64,000 nt of DNA from Candidatus Micrarchaeota archaeon (GTDB lineage: Archaea; B1Sed10-29; WALL01; WAMD01): contig CAZZDL010000001.1 in assembly GCA_964652335.1 (NCBI GenBank), positions 89,216 through 153,215 of the forward strand, given 5' to 3'. Below are positions 37,681 to 46,810 of the stretch, piece after piece; position 1 is the stretch's first letter; the number at the start of each line of letters is the position of its first letter. The notes beneath the pieces were generated by a model that worked only from the letters and a program-made list of their open reading frames with translations, did no database searches and had not been told where the DNA came from. Made by a program: the position numbers and the translations under genes.

Positions 37681-38549
37681 TGATCATGGAGATATACAGG
37701 CAGTACAAGGCCGCCATAAAGGCGATGAATGAAGAGTGGGAACCAGACATAGTTCTGCTAGAGGCATTGTTCTTATCGTCCATATTGTTCGTTTATGTTG
37801 GATTATTCGTTGATATCTTCCTTGGTGGATTACTAGCTTTGATAGTAATGGATCTAGCTGTTGGATATCCAATTCACAGAGTGCAAAAACGGATAGAGAG
37901 CATAGAAAAAGGTCTTCCTGATGTTTTAAACCATATAGCTATCAGCATAAGGGCAGGGGCGACAGTTGAGGCGGCTTTGAAGGAGATAGCGGAATACAGG
38001 TATGGCATTCTCTCTAAGGAAATGAAAAAGGTCTTGCTGGCAATGAAGAAGGGAAAGACATTTGAGGACGCATTTAGAGATTTTGCAGAATCTTCAGGTT
38101 CTCCACTTGTTGAAAAGACAGCAGAGGTTATAATATCTGCGAAGATGTCTGGAGGAGGATTGACTGCAGCGTTAACTAGTATAGCAGATGATATTAGACA
38201 CATATACAGGCTGAAAAAAGAGAGAAAAGCAAGAACAACGACGCAAGTTCTGTTCATAATAGTTGCAGCAAATTTCGTTGCACCAATGATATTTAGCTTG
38301 CTTACCGGTGTCATGCAGTTTATGGGTTATATTGCTGGTGAAGCAGCAACGCCAGCGTTTGAGGCAATAACGTTTTATTTCAAGGTTTATCTAATAATCT
38401 CAGCCGTTTTCTCATCTGTTGCAGCGGCATTAATAAGGGAAGGAAACCTGAGTAAGGTAGTTATATATGCACCAGTTTTGTTACTAATAACGTATGGTAT
38501 ATACATGGGGGTGAGTAGCTTTGCACTCAAGCTTTTTATCGGAGGATAG
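37677..38549 (+). CDS. second type II secretion system F-domain membrane protein (TadB/FlaJ-like, single domain)
   Basis: ATGA-coupled to the previous gene; hydrophobic N-terminus and T2SSF-like segment LPDVLNHIAISIRAGATVEAAL. Confidence 0.65.
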   Translation: MMIMEIYRQYKAAIKAMNEEWEPDIVLLEALFLSSILFVYVGLFVDIFLGGLLALIVMDLAVGYPIHRVQKRIESIEKGLPDVLNHIAISIRAGATVEAALKEIAEYRYGILSKEMKKVLLAMKKGKTFEDAFRDFAESSGSPLVEKTAEVIISAKMSGGGLTAALTSIADDIRHIYRLKKERKARTTTQVLFIIVAANFVAPMIFSLLTGVMQFMGYIAGEAATPAFEAITFYFKVYLIISAVFSSVAAALIREGNLSKVVIYAPVLLLITYGIYMGVSSFALKLFIGG

Positions 38550-38679
38550 AGGGCAGATATCACTTGAACAGATACTGCTGTTGTCATCTATAGTCATGGG
38601 AATGTTGGTGCTTGGGTATTTGGTCAAAACACAGCTGAAGAATTTGTTTGCTGAGCAGAAGGTGGTTGCCAACGAAACA

Positions 38680-38716
38680 TTTAATAAGAGCATATGAGTT
38701 TATGCTAAAGGAGGTG
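38680..38716 (+). promoter_or_regulatory. TATA-like box (TTTAATAA, 38680-38687) plus a strong Shine-Dalgarno (AAGGAGGTG, 38708-38716) ahead of the major pilin gene
   Basis: GGAGGTG lies 6 nt before the ATG; own promoter in the 173-nt spacer. Confidence 0.35.
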
Positions 38717-38722
38717 TAATTT

Positions 38723-39100
38723 ATGTTTGGTAGAAAAGGTCAAGGAGCATTGGAATACTTATTGATATTGGCTGCAGTTTTAGTGATAGCAGTAATAGTG
38801 ATATTGGTTGCACACAGGATATCTACACCAGCTCAAACATCTGTTACAGTAAACCAGGACAAATTTGACTGTGCAAAGGTAGGTATAGAATTGTTGAATT
38901 ACAATGAGCTTCCACAACAGGCCAGTGACGTATCTGTGAAGTACAACGACATTTCAGATACGTGTGAGCAAACCACAACTGAGCCAGACAGTTACGATGC
39001 AAGCTGTAAGATACACTTTAAGGACAACTCAGAGCACTACCTATACGTGAATCAGCCAAATACAACATCGGTAGAGTGTTATATACAGGTATCAGCATAA
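38723..39100 (+). CDS. major pilin, Flp-like, with class III signal peptide
   Basis: MFGRKG then QGALEYLLILAAVLVIAVIVILV; G-Q cleavage context with Glu+5 and Tyr+6. Confidence 0.75.
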   Translation: MFGRKGQGALEYLLILAAVLVIAVIVILVAHRISTPAQTSVTVNQDKFDCAKVGIELLNYNELPQQASDVSVKYNDISDTCEQTTTEPDSYDASCKIHFKDNSEHYLYVNQPNTTSVECYIQVSA

Positions 39101-39113
39101 GAGGAGTGAGTAG

Positions 39114-39284
39114 ATGGATGACCGCGGCCAGACCTCGTTGGAATACTTGTATCTTCTAGCTTTTGTTGTAGGTCTGGCCGCAGCAGTTGCTCTGATAGTC
39201 AATGACATTCTAGCTATTCAGTCCAGGGCAAAGACAAAACTAGAGTATTATAGAGATCACATCCTAGGGAAGATATTAAGATGA
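39114..39284 (+). CDS. Flp-like mini-pilin (56 aa), not in the ORF track
   Basis: translation MDDRGQTSLEYLYLLAFVVGLAAAVALIV...; TGA overlaps the ATG of the peptidase gene (ATGA). Confidence 0.6.
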   Translation: MDDRGQTSLEYLYLLAFVVGLAAAVALIVNDILAIQSRAKTKLEYYRDHILGKILR

Positions 39285-40231
39285 TCTACATAGGCATAGC
39301 ATTGATAATGGTCTGTTTGGCTACTTATTTTGATTTAAAAAATAGAGTCATCCCAAGAGAAATAACCCTGGGTGGATTAGGATTAGGTCTTGCACTTAGA
39401 TTCTTGGATTCTGGGATTCATTCAAACCCTTTAAGCTTTGTCACAGTCTTGTTTTCTGTATTGACCACATTTGTTCTTGTTTATTTTCTCTGGAGGATAG
39501 GAGTCCTTGCAGGGGGAGATGCTAAGCTTTTGACAGCTTTGGCAGCTTATTTACCAGTATTCCCTTCATCCACATTTCATATCTTCTATAGACTATCCTT
39601 TGTCCCGATAATATACAATGGGATCATGGCATTTACCCCGTTTTTGTTGGTCTATTCTTTTGTCTTAGGAGATGGTTTTAGGAAACTTACACGCATTGCG
39701 CAAAAGGCGATTGGCCTTTCATTCCTTTCATTCTCTTCTTTCTCATTTTTTAGTTGGCCATTGAGTATTATTGTATTCTTAGTATTAAGCTACCTACCGT
39801 ACAAGGCATTAATTTTTCTGGTACCAGCAATCCTGGCAGGGTTAAGATTTGGATTTGGCGGATTAATTTATCAGTTCTTACTGTTCTTCTTATTGTCGTC
39901 CTTCTACGAACTTACAGTTGGGTCTATTTCATTATTTGTTAAGACAAAGAAAGTTAACGAGCTCAAAGAAGGGGATGTTTTGTACGATGTGGTGATTGAT
40001 TGTAAAATTGTTAAAAGGGATTTGTTCAACATTATCAAAGCTATTACCCAGGGAATAGCTCCATTGTCTAGAGGATTGTCTAAGGGTGAGATAGCCAAAC
40101 TAAAGAAATGTGGAATTGATACAGTTAGAATCCAGCAATCTTTCCCATTCACACCAGTCATCCTTGCCGGTTTTATTATCTGTGTAACATTTGGGGATTT
40201 GATCTATCTCTTACTTAATAGCTATTTCTAA
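39281..40231 (+). CDS. prepilin peptidase (A24 family, TadV/EppA/FlaK-like) with a C-terminal extension
   Basis: catalytic Asp contexts YFDLKNRVIPRE and LAGGDAKLL; poly-TM. Confidence 0.75.
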   Translation: MIYIGIALIMVCLATYFDLKNRVIPREITLGGLGLGLALRFLDSGIHSNPLSFVTVLFSVLTTFVLVYFLWRIGVLAGGDAKLLTALAAYLPVFPSSTFHIFYRLSFVPIIYNGIMAFTPFLLVYSFVLGDGFRKLTRIAQKAIGLSFLSFSSFSFFSWPLSIIVFLVLSYLPYKALIFLVPAILAGLRFGFGGLIYQFLLFFLLSSFYELTVGSISLFVKTKKVNELKEGDVLYDVVIDCKIVKRDLFNIIKAITQGIAPLSRGLSKGEIAKLKKCGIDTVRIQQSFPFTPVILAGFIICVTFGDLIYLLLNSYF

Positions 40232-40266
40232 CCAAAAAGGCTAAATAGGTATGATATGTTATTCTC

Positions 40267-40734
40267 TTGATGAGGGGTACATTATCAATTGATCTTTTAG
40301 TCACATCAATAGTTATTCTAATGTTAACATCAACAATAATAAGTTTTGTCTATTTTGAGGAAGAAAGAATACTTGAAGCAGGGTACGAATTGGGGGCTCA
40401 GGCTTTGGCTATATCAATTGGTTCTGCGATCAACCAGTTCATTGCAATATCCCCAGATTCTGGTAATTTATCAATATACGTAAAAGACATATCCAATGAC
40501 CCAGCTACAATATCCATGGCAGGAATTCCATTCTCCAATGTGATAGTTACATCTAAGTATTGCAATTACACAATATCAAATGGGAATGTTAATGTTACAA
40601 TAAAACTTGAGTTTGCAGGAACAGGTAGGACAAAAATAGTGAGCGCAAGTTACCCAATATTTGCAAAGGGTTTGTATAGGTCAGGCGATTGTGGGAGTAC
40701 TATAATAATAGATGCGTCAGAGGTGATTCAGTGA
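40267..40734 (+). CDS. minor pilin-like protein (class III signal)
   Basis: MMRG then TLSIDLLVTSIVILML (Asp+5). Confidence 0.5.
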   Translation: MMRGTLSIDLLVTSIVILMLTSTIISFVYFEEERILEAGYELGAQALAISIGSAINQFIAISPDSGNLSIYVKDISNDPATISMAGIPFSNVIVTSKYCNYTISNGNVNVTIKLEFAGTGRTKIVSASYPIFAKGLYRSGDCGSTIIIDASEVIQ

Positions 40735-41003
40735 AGGGGCAGATATTCACAATGGACCTGTTTCTTTCATTGATGGTTATGGTTTTGATAATCAGCATGG
40801 CAGTCGTTATTATTGATGAGCATATAGATGGATTGTATGAAAGGGCTACTGAAGTAAAACTGCAATCCATTGCAATGGACACAGCCAGTTTGCATTACTA
40901 CACGGGTAAGACAGATAACCTAACAAAGATCACGGGAGAGACATGCATACACGCAGTGAGAGGAACAGCGTCCAATGAGGTGATTGGGATTGCATGCGAG
41001 TAA
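40731..41003 (+). CDS. minor pilin-like protein; proposed GTG start (GTGA overlap with the upstream stop)
   Basis: GTG start gives MKG then QIFTMDLFLSLMVMVLI, a clean class III signal; the track ATG start would add 14 non-signal residues. Confidence 0.5.
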   Translation: MKGQIFTMDLFLSLMVMVLIISMAVVIIDEHIDGLYERATEVKLQSIAMDTASLHYYTGKTDNLTKITGETCIHAVRGTASNEVIGIACE

Positions 41004-41259
41004 GGGCGTCGTTTTTAGTATAGAAGTGGCGATTGCCTCTTTATTGTTCATGGTATCCATTGCCATGCTTTATTATTCCTCAGCAGGCTCTGAAGATATG
41101 CCATTTGAATTTCAACAGTCAATGAGGGTAGCTCATGATATGGTTACATCTGGAGATATTAGTTTGCCTGATGGATACTCAAACCAAAGCTGTGATTGGT
41201 ATGCAAGATACGCACCATTAGACTATGAGGGGTATCACGCGGAGGTATGCTTCAAATGA
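40984..41259 (+). CDS. minor pilin-like protein
   Basis: MGLHASKG then VVFSIEVAIASLLFMV. Confidence 0.45.
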   Translation: MGLHASKGVVFSIEVAIASLLFMVSIAMLYYSSAGSEDMPFEFQQSMRVAHDMVTSGDISLPDGYSNQSCDWYARYAPLDYEGYHAEVCFK

Positions 41260-41837
41260 AGGGATTTGTTAATTCATGGAGTGTCATACTAATTGCAACA
41301 TCAATAATTGTACTACTGTCTATGTTCCTGTTTATAGATATAGATTTTAGGGCATTGGACAGCGGATACATAGTTGAATTGTCAAGATGGTATGGAGACG
41401 CTGCGTACACAGCTGCCAAGGGAGGCACATGTGATCCGAAGATATTTGAAAAAAACGTTGTGAAAGAGGGTAAAGATATCCAATTTTCTTCATCTGGCAG
41501 AACCAGAAAACTCTTGTACACTGGTAAATTGGTCAATCTCAATATAACGTATGTGAAAAATTATCCGCCGGTGATAGACATAATAGATCCGTTGAATGGG
41601 ACTACTAATCAATGTGTGAACACATACACAATACAGTGGACAGCGTGTGATATAGATGAAGACAGTTTGAATTACACTGTTTTTTTAGATTCCGTGGTAA
41701 TAGGAGAGACAAATAAAACGTATTTAGACGTACCATGCACTACTCTTGATGGAACTCATGCAATCAAAGTAACTGGTACAGATGGAGAATTAAATGGTAG
41801 TGATACAGTCATCGCAACATTTACTTCATCTAGCTAG
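41247..41837 (+). CDS. minor pilin-like protein with a larger C-terminal domain
   Basis: MLQMKG then FVNSWSVILIATSIIVLL. Confidence 0.45.
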   Translation: MLQMKGFVNSWSVILIATSIIVLLSMFLFIDIDFRALDSGYIVELSRWYGDAAYTAAKGGTCDPKIFEKNVVKEGKDIQFSSSGRTRKLLYTGKLVNLNITYVKNYPPVIDIIDPLNGTTNQCVNTYTIQWTACDIDEDSLNYTVFLDSVVIGETNKTYLDVPCTTLDGTHAIKVTGTDGELNGSDTVIATFTSSS

Positions 41838-43193
41838 TTTTTCTAAATATGCTTGTGGTTTCATCCCTCTCCTCTTTGCAAGTTTCCTAATAGCTTTGTC
41901 TACCCCTGATCCATATTGAGCTGCTTTTTTAGGTCTCTTTGCTACATAAGCTGGGACTCCTTCTTCCTTTGCTATCTTTCTTAGGACTTCTTTCTTTGCA
42001 TCCCCTAGCTTTAGCTTAGGATGTATAAGCATCGCTTCCTTTACTACGTCAAGGTCTAGGAAAGGAGTTCTTAGCTCAATACTGTTTGCCATTGTTGCTA
42101 AGTCATCTCTATACAAGTCCCTTTCCCACATGGTCTCTAGGCCATCCCACATCGCATTGTGAAGGCCTGTCCATCCACCAGACCTATACGCTTCCAGATG
42201 CCTTTCATATCCAGCAAACAGTTCTTCTGTTCCCAAACCAGAGAATATGACCTTGTTTCCATCTTCTTTAGCTAGCTTTGATGCAACGTAGAATGGAAAT
42301 GCAACACCTATTTTCATGACATTTGTAGTCTCTAATTGCCTAACTAGAGTAGGTAACAATCCTTCCACAGCCTTTAAATCTAGTTCTATTGTTTTTAAGT
42401 CTATTCCTAGCTCTTCACCAACTCTTTTTGCCCATTCCATATCTTGCGAATCAGGAAACCCAGTTGTGTATGCCTGAACTTTTACTCGCTTGGATAGTAG
42501 CACGTATAAAAGCGTAGAATCAACCCCGCCAGAGAATAGGAGTGCGACTTTCTTAACATCTGATGTCATCTTCTTTACTGCGTTTTTTATTTTTTTCTTT
42601 AGAGCAGAATAGTCTTTCTTTACTGGTTCCTTCCTTTCCAGTCTTTCCCTTTTTCTTTCAATAATACCCTTTGTTGATAGGACAAGTGTTTCACCTGGGA
42701 GCACTGGCCATGTTTCACCTGGCAGAACCTTTGCCTCGCTTGCAAATTTTGGCTTCCCATTTGTAGATATCCATAACGGTTTTACTCCTAGAATGTCCCT
42801 CCCAACGATTATTTCTCCTTTTTCAATGTTAGGAATATACGCAAATGCGTATGTCCCATCTAGTTTATTCAACCCGTCTACACCGTATTTCCTTAATACA
42901 TTTATAATAGCGTCAGCACCAGATTTTGCTTTTAGTTCTTTCAGATTGTATATCCTCCCGTCAAATACTATTGCGGAATTGTATTTTGTTATTGGCTGTT
43001 TTGGTTCTTTTGTTATTCTGAATAAATTATGAGCTATCACTCCTCTTTGCTTTGCTTCTAATTGATCATAGTCTCCGTATATTAGATCACCACTTTCATC
43101 CATTAAGCCAAATCCGTTAGGCCCTCTGTGGGCTAGGCCAGTCACAAGTTTGCCGATTACTCCTCCACCAACCGTTCCAGAAACTCCAGACAT
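41826..43193 (-). CDS. asnB: asparagine synthetase (AsnB family) with Ser in place of the N-terminal Cys nucleophile
   Basis: MSGVSG N-terminus, HRGPNGFG, FDGRIYN, PP-loop SGGVDST. Confidence 0.7.
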   Translation of the reverse strand: MSGVSGTVGGGVIGKLVTGLAHRGPNGFGLMDESGDLIYGDYDQLEAKQRGVIAHNLFRITKEPKQPITKYNSAIVFDGRIYNLKELKAKSGADAIINVLRKYGVDGLNKLDGTYAFAYIPNIEKGEIIVGRDILGVKPLWISTNGKPKFASEAKVLPGETWPVLPGETLVLSTKGIIERKRERLERKEPVKKDYSALKKKIKNAVKKMTSDVKKVALLFSGGVDSTLLYVLLSKRVKVQAYTTGFPDSQDMEWAKRVGEELGIDLKTIELDLKAVEGLLPTLVRQLETTNVMKIGVAFPFYVASKLAKEDGNKVIFSGLGTEELFAGYERHLEAYRSGGWTGLHNAMWDGLETMWERDLYRDDLATMANSIELRTPFLDLDVVKEAMLIHPKLKLGDAKKEVLRKIAKEEGVPAYVAKRPKKAAQYGSGVDKAIRKLAKRRGMKPQAYLEKLAR

Positions 43194-43196
43194 GTA

Positions 43197-43433
43197 TCAG
43201 ACCTTCTTTAATTCTTCTAAAGTTGTATTTACAAAGATGACATCTTTCATAGATTCAACAAGCTTGAATGGTATTTTGACTCTAAGGTTTATTACCTTTC
43301 CAAGCACCCCGGGTGGGGACGCAATTAAAAATTTAACTTTGCCCTTTTCGTCAAAATCAATATCTGAAAGCAAACCTATCCTGTCGCCGTTTTTGTCTAT
43401 TATCTCAACCCCTTCCATCTCTGAAAATAACAT
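43197..43433 (-). CDS. PRC-barrel domain protein
   Basis: 78 aa; GVEIIDKNGDRIGLLSDIDFDEKGKVKFLI. Confidence 0.5.
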   Translation of the reverse strand: MLFSEMEGVEIIDKNGDRIGLLSDIDFDEKGKVKFLIASPPGVLGKVINLRVKIPFKLVESMKDVIFVNTTLEELKKV

Positions 43434-43480
43434 GCTATAATTGAGGAAAGGAAACTATAAAAAAATTAACCATTAATTTG

Positions 43481-44614
43481 CTATTTCTCAATCACAAGAA
43501 CACTCTCCCTTAGTGGACCGACCTTTTTCACTCTGTCTCTCATACACCATCTTTGATTGGCAACCCAGATATCTCTAGTAACAAAACCAATGTCCTCTGC
43601 CATTCTGGCCAGGACAACATCACTTTCTATTACTCTATCTGGAAAACACCCATTTCCAATTACTATACAGGCCCTTCCACCGTCAGTCAGAACCCTATAC
43701 ATTTCATCTAGGACCAGCTTCATGTCCTTGAAGTATTTGTACGCTATAAGTGGATCATCCTCCTTTAGGTAGCTTTGTAATGATAGAATTTCATCGTTAC
43801 TGAGTTTTACGTCTAGTCCTATCGCTGATGATATTCCTCTTTGTTGTCTTTTTCCAAAGAATAGTTCATTTTCTATTGAATATACTTGTGTATATTCTAT
43901 CTTGTTTAGGTAAGGTGGAGATGTTATTATGAAATTTACACATTCATCTTTCATCGGCAATGACCTGGCATCACCCTTTTCTGGATATGTGGGGACAGGT
44001 TTCAGCGGGAGCTTTCTTACATCAGATATCATTTTTTTAACTGTCCTTTTCAGCATTGGTCTTATTGGTGGAACAGGCCTCTTTCTAATCTTTATCACAG
44101 CACCGTCCTTGAATGCGTAACTACATTTGTTCGCCGCAGTCATCAAAGCTAGCAAGAAGAAGTCCCTAACCTTTTCATTGTCAATGGTGTTTATCAGATC
44201 CCTAAAGAAAACGATTTCTAGGAGTGTTATTTTTTTGAAAGCTGCCTTTACTAGACCAGAGAACTCCATTTCCCTTTCTACAAATTTTTGCTTGAATAAC
44301 CAATCTCTCCATTTTTTCAGCTCTTTTATTTCATAATCCCTTGTTTTAACTTTAGAAACAAAAACTGCAATATCTGAAACGTCAAATCCGTAACTTAAAT
44401 TGCCAACTTCTCTAGAGGCAAGGAGGCTGGTTCCCACTCCCATGAATGGATCTAGCACAACATCGTTTTCTTTTACTTCTAACTCCTTGAACATCTGTAA
44501 TACAAAGTCTCTTGAGAACCCCTCTTTATAGTAAAACCAAGAGTATATAGGAACTCTCTTGTTTGGAACGAATGTAACCAAAGGTCCCAATTCCTTTCTA
44601 TATTCTATGTTCAT
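43481..44614 (-). CDS. SAM-dependent methyltransferase (probable N4-C or N6-A DNA methyltransferase; FxGxG then SPPY order)
   Basis: motif I DPFMGVGTS; motif IV IITSPPY about 190 aa later. Confidence 0.65.
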   Translation of the reverse strand: MNIEYRKELGPLVTFVPNKRVPIYSWFYYKEGFSRDFVLQMFKELEVKENDVVLDPFMGVGTSLLASREVGNLSYGFDVSDIAVFVSKVKTRDYEIKELKKWRDWLFKQKFVEREMEFSGLVKAAFKKITLLEIVFFRDLINTIDNEKVRDFFLLALMTAANKCSYAFKDGAVIKIRKRPVPPIRPMLKRTVKKMISDVRKLPLKPVPTYPEKGDARSLPMKDECVNFIITSPPYLNKIEYTQVYSIENELFFGKRQQRGISSAIGLDVKLSNDEILSLQSYLKEDDPLIAYKYFKDMKLVLDEMYRVLTDGGRACIVIGNGCFPDRVIESDVVLARMAEDIGFVTRDIWVANQRWCMRDRVKKVGPLRESVLVIEK

Positions 44615-44946
44615 TTTACTCTCCTTATTTTTCTCTTCCTTCTTCTTGGCACCTCTTCTCCAAACATTTCAAAGCTCCTTAGTATTTCTTCCTGGCTTTC
44701 TTCTAGTATTGGCATTACATGAACTATTCTTTCAAGCATATTTTCAACTTCTAGTCTCTTCCATATATCCTCTATATCTCTTTTATCTTTGCCAGTCAGT
44801 TGTTCTCCTTCACCTATCTTAGCAACCACCCTAATGAGTTTACTCACTTCCTCTTTGGTTAATCTATCTCTCATAACAAGTATTGAGTGCATTTTCCCAG
44901 CAAGCTCCTTTATTTCTTCATCTGTTAATCCTTCACTCATTTTCAT
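44611..44946 (-). CDS. small acidic protein with a basic C-terminal tail, ATGA-coupled upstream of the methyltransferase
   Basis: 111 aa; C-terminus RRRKRKIRRVK; 4-nt overlap with the methyltransferase start. Confidence 0.4.
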   Translation of the reverse strand: MKMSEGLTDEEIKELAGKMHSILVMRDRLTKEEVSKLIRVVAKIGEGEQLTGKDKRDIEDIWKRLEVENMLERIVHVMPILEESQEEILRSFEMFGEEVPRRRKRKIRRVK

Positions 44947-44956
44947 TCACCAACAT

Positions 44957-46705
44957 TCATTTTCCTACCTCGTAATAATACTCCCCGGAAGATTTTTGCT
45001 CTATATCCTTCTGAGAACCTGGCTTATTAGCTCTTGGCCTCCCAGTGTCGGGGTCCCTTCTAAATGTTATCTGCATATCCTTTAGGAATTTATTCATACC
45101 AGATCTCATGTCCATTGGAGCTGATGCCTTTCCTGACTTACCAGGTTTTCCACTAAATACTATTAACCTGTCGGATATATAGTCTATAAACGTTATGTCA
45201 TGATCAACCACTAATGTAGTTTCCTCAGTGGATTGAGTTATTTTCCTTATTATGTCTGAAAACCTTAACCTCTGTTCTATGTCTAAAAATGCAGATGGTT
45301 CATCCAGGAGGCAAATATCTGCCGGTTTGGCCAGTGCTAGGGTTATACTTAATCTTTGTAATTCTCCACCAGACAGATTCGCCACATACTTATTTTCTAT
45401 ATCTGCTATCTCTTTCTTAAGATAGCTGTTGAATACATCAAAATCTATCTCGCTTTGCGAGATCAATTCCTTGACTGTTCCGTCAAACTCCAGGGAAATG
45501 TATTGTGGTTTATACGCTAGCTTCATTTCCAGCTCTAGTTTTCCTGAGTCATGCTCTAGCTTTCCTGCCATTATATTCATGAATGTTGATTTACCTATTG
45601 CATTTGGACCAACTATCCCTATTACTTCTCCTTTTCTAACGCTTCCCCCCTCAGCAGTTAGTGAAAATCCTGTAAATGTCTTTGTGAATGATGGGTATTC
45701 AACTAGTGTTTTTCCCTTCCATTCCTCAGCAGGAGGCTTAACTTCAAACCTTACAGGTTCTTCCCTTATCCTCATATTCTCCGCTTTGAGGAAACCGTTC
45801 AAGTATTCATTTATCCCGTTTCTTGCAGGTTTTAGTGTGGAGACTATTCCGTAGGCTCCTGGCTTACCATAGAGTACGTGAATCCAGTCACTTAAATAGT
45901 CTAGTACGACAAGATCATGCTCCACAAGCATAAACTTTTTATCCCTTGACATTCCTGCCAACAGCTTAGCCAATTTCAATCTTTCCCGTATATCCAAAAA
46001 GCTGGATGGTTCATCCATAAAGTACAAATCTGCGCCTCTTGAAAGTGATATTGCTATTGCTACTTTTTGCAGCTCTCCACCAGATAGTTCTGAAAGCTTC
46101 CTGTTTAGGTCTGGGAGAGCCATTTTATCTGCTAGCTCATTTAGCTTGTCCATGTTGCAATTGCTTTCCTTCCCTAGTTCTAATATGGTTTTATCTGATC
46201 TTGCTAGCAAGTCAACCTCCTGCGGCTTGAATGAAACTCTTACTCTCCCACTCTTCAACGCTAGGAGGTAATTCTGTATTTCTCTCCCCTTGAACTTCTC
46301 TATCACACCATCCCAAGAATCATTGTTCTTTCCTAGGTTAGGGATAAGCTTGCCGGCCAGTATCCTCATTATCGTCGTTTTCCCAATACCGTTTTGTCCT
46401 ATCAAACTTACGATTCCATCTCTTGGTGTTGGCAGACCAAATATTCTGAATCCATTCTCTCCATATTGATGTATTGGATTTTCTTTCATTTCAGGAAGGT
46501 TTATCACGGTTATAGCATGGAACGGACACTTCTTTACACAGATACCACAGCCAGTGCATAGCTCTTCATTAATAACTGGGAATCCTGTTTCTTCATCTTC
46601 CACAATGGTCTTTTCCCCCATTCTTACTCCTGGACATACCTTTATGCATACATACCCACATGCCTTTGGTCTACATTTATCCCTGTCTATGACGGCTATT
46701 CGCAT
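44957..46705 (-). CDS. abcE1: ABCE1 (RNase L inhibitor / ribosome recycling factor) with N-terminal 4Fe-4S domain and twin ABC domains
   Basis: CRPKACGYVCIKVCP and CTGCGICVKKCP ferredoxin motifs; two Walker A plus signature sets. Confidence 0.9.
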   Translation of the reverse strand: MRIAVIDRDKCRPKACGYVCIKVCPGVRMGEKTIVEDEETGFPVINEELCTGCGICVKKCPFHAITVINLPEMKENPIHQYGENGFRIFGLPTPRDGIVSLIGQNGIGKTTIMRILAGKLIPNLGKNNDSWDGVIEKFKGREIQNYLLALKSGRVRVSFKPQEVDLLARSDKTILELGKESNCNMDKLNELADKMALPDLNRKLSELSGGELQKVAIAISLSRGADLYFMDEPSSFLDIRERLKLAKLLAGMSRDKKFMLVEHDLVVLDYLSDWIHVLYGKPGAYGIVSTLKPARNGINEYLNGFLKAENMRIREEPVRFEVKPPAEEWKGKTLVEYPSFTKTFTGFSLTAEGGSVRKGEVIGIVGPNAIGKSTFMNIMAGKLEHDSGKLELEMKLAYKPQYISLEFDGTVKELISQSEIDFDVFNSYLKKEIADIENKYVANLSGGELQRLSITLALAKPADICLLDEPSAFLDIEQRLRFSDIIRKITQSTEETTLVVDHDITFIDYISDRLIVFSGKPGKSGKASAPMDMRSGMNKFLKDMQITFRRDPDTGRPRANKPGSQKDIEQKSSGEYYYEVGK

Positions 46706-46810
46706 GCTTCAATTTTTCTATCCAAGATTTAAATTTCTTCTGGAGCAACGCTATGCTTTCATATCTGTCTTAATGTAGCATATATATCTCTGATTTGAGA
46801 AAAACTAGTC
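46706..46810. promoter_or_regulatory. divergent promoter region between abcE1 (-) and pelota (+), with TATA-like elements TTTAAAT (~46729-46735) and TATATAT (46781-46787)
   Basis: AT-rich boxes about 25-30 nt from each start codon. Confidence 0.3.

Noticed and set aside
38550-38722. A possible 34-aa ORF (MGMLVLGYLVKTQLKN...) in the spacer before the major pilin gene
   Set aside because: It has no RBS, no class III motif and no conservation signal. The region more likely carries the pilin promoter (TTTAATAA) and the strong SD.
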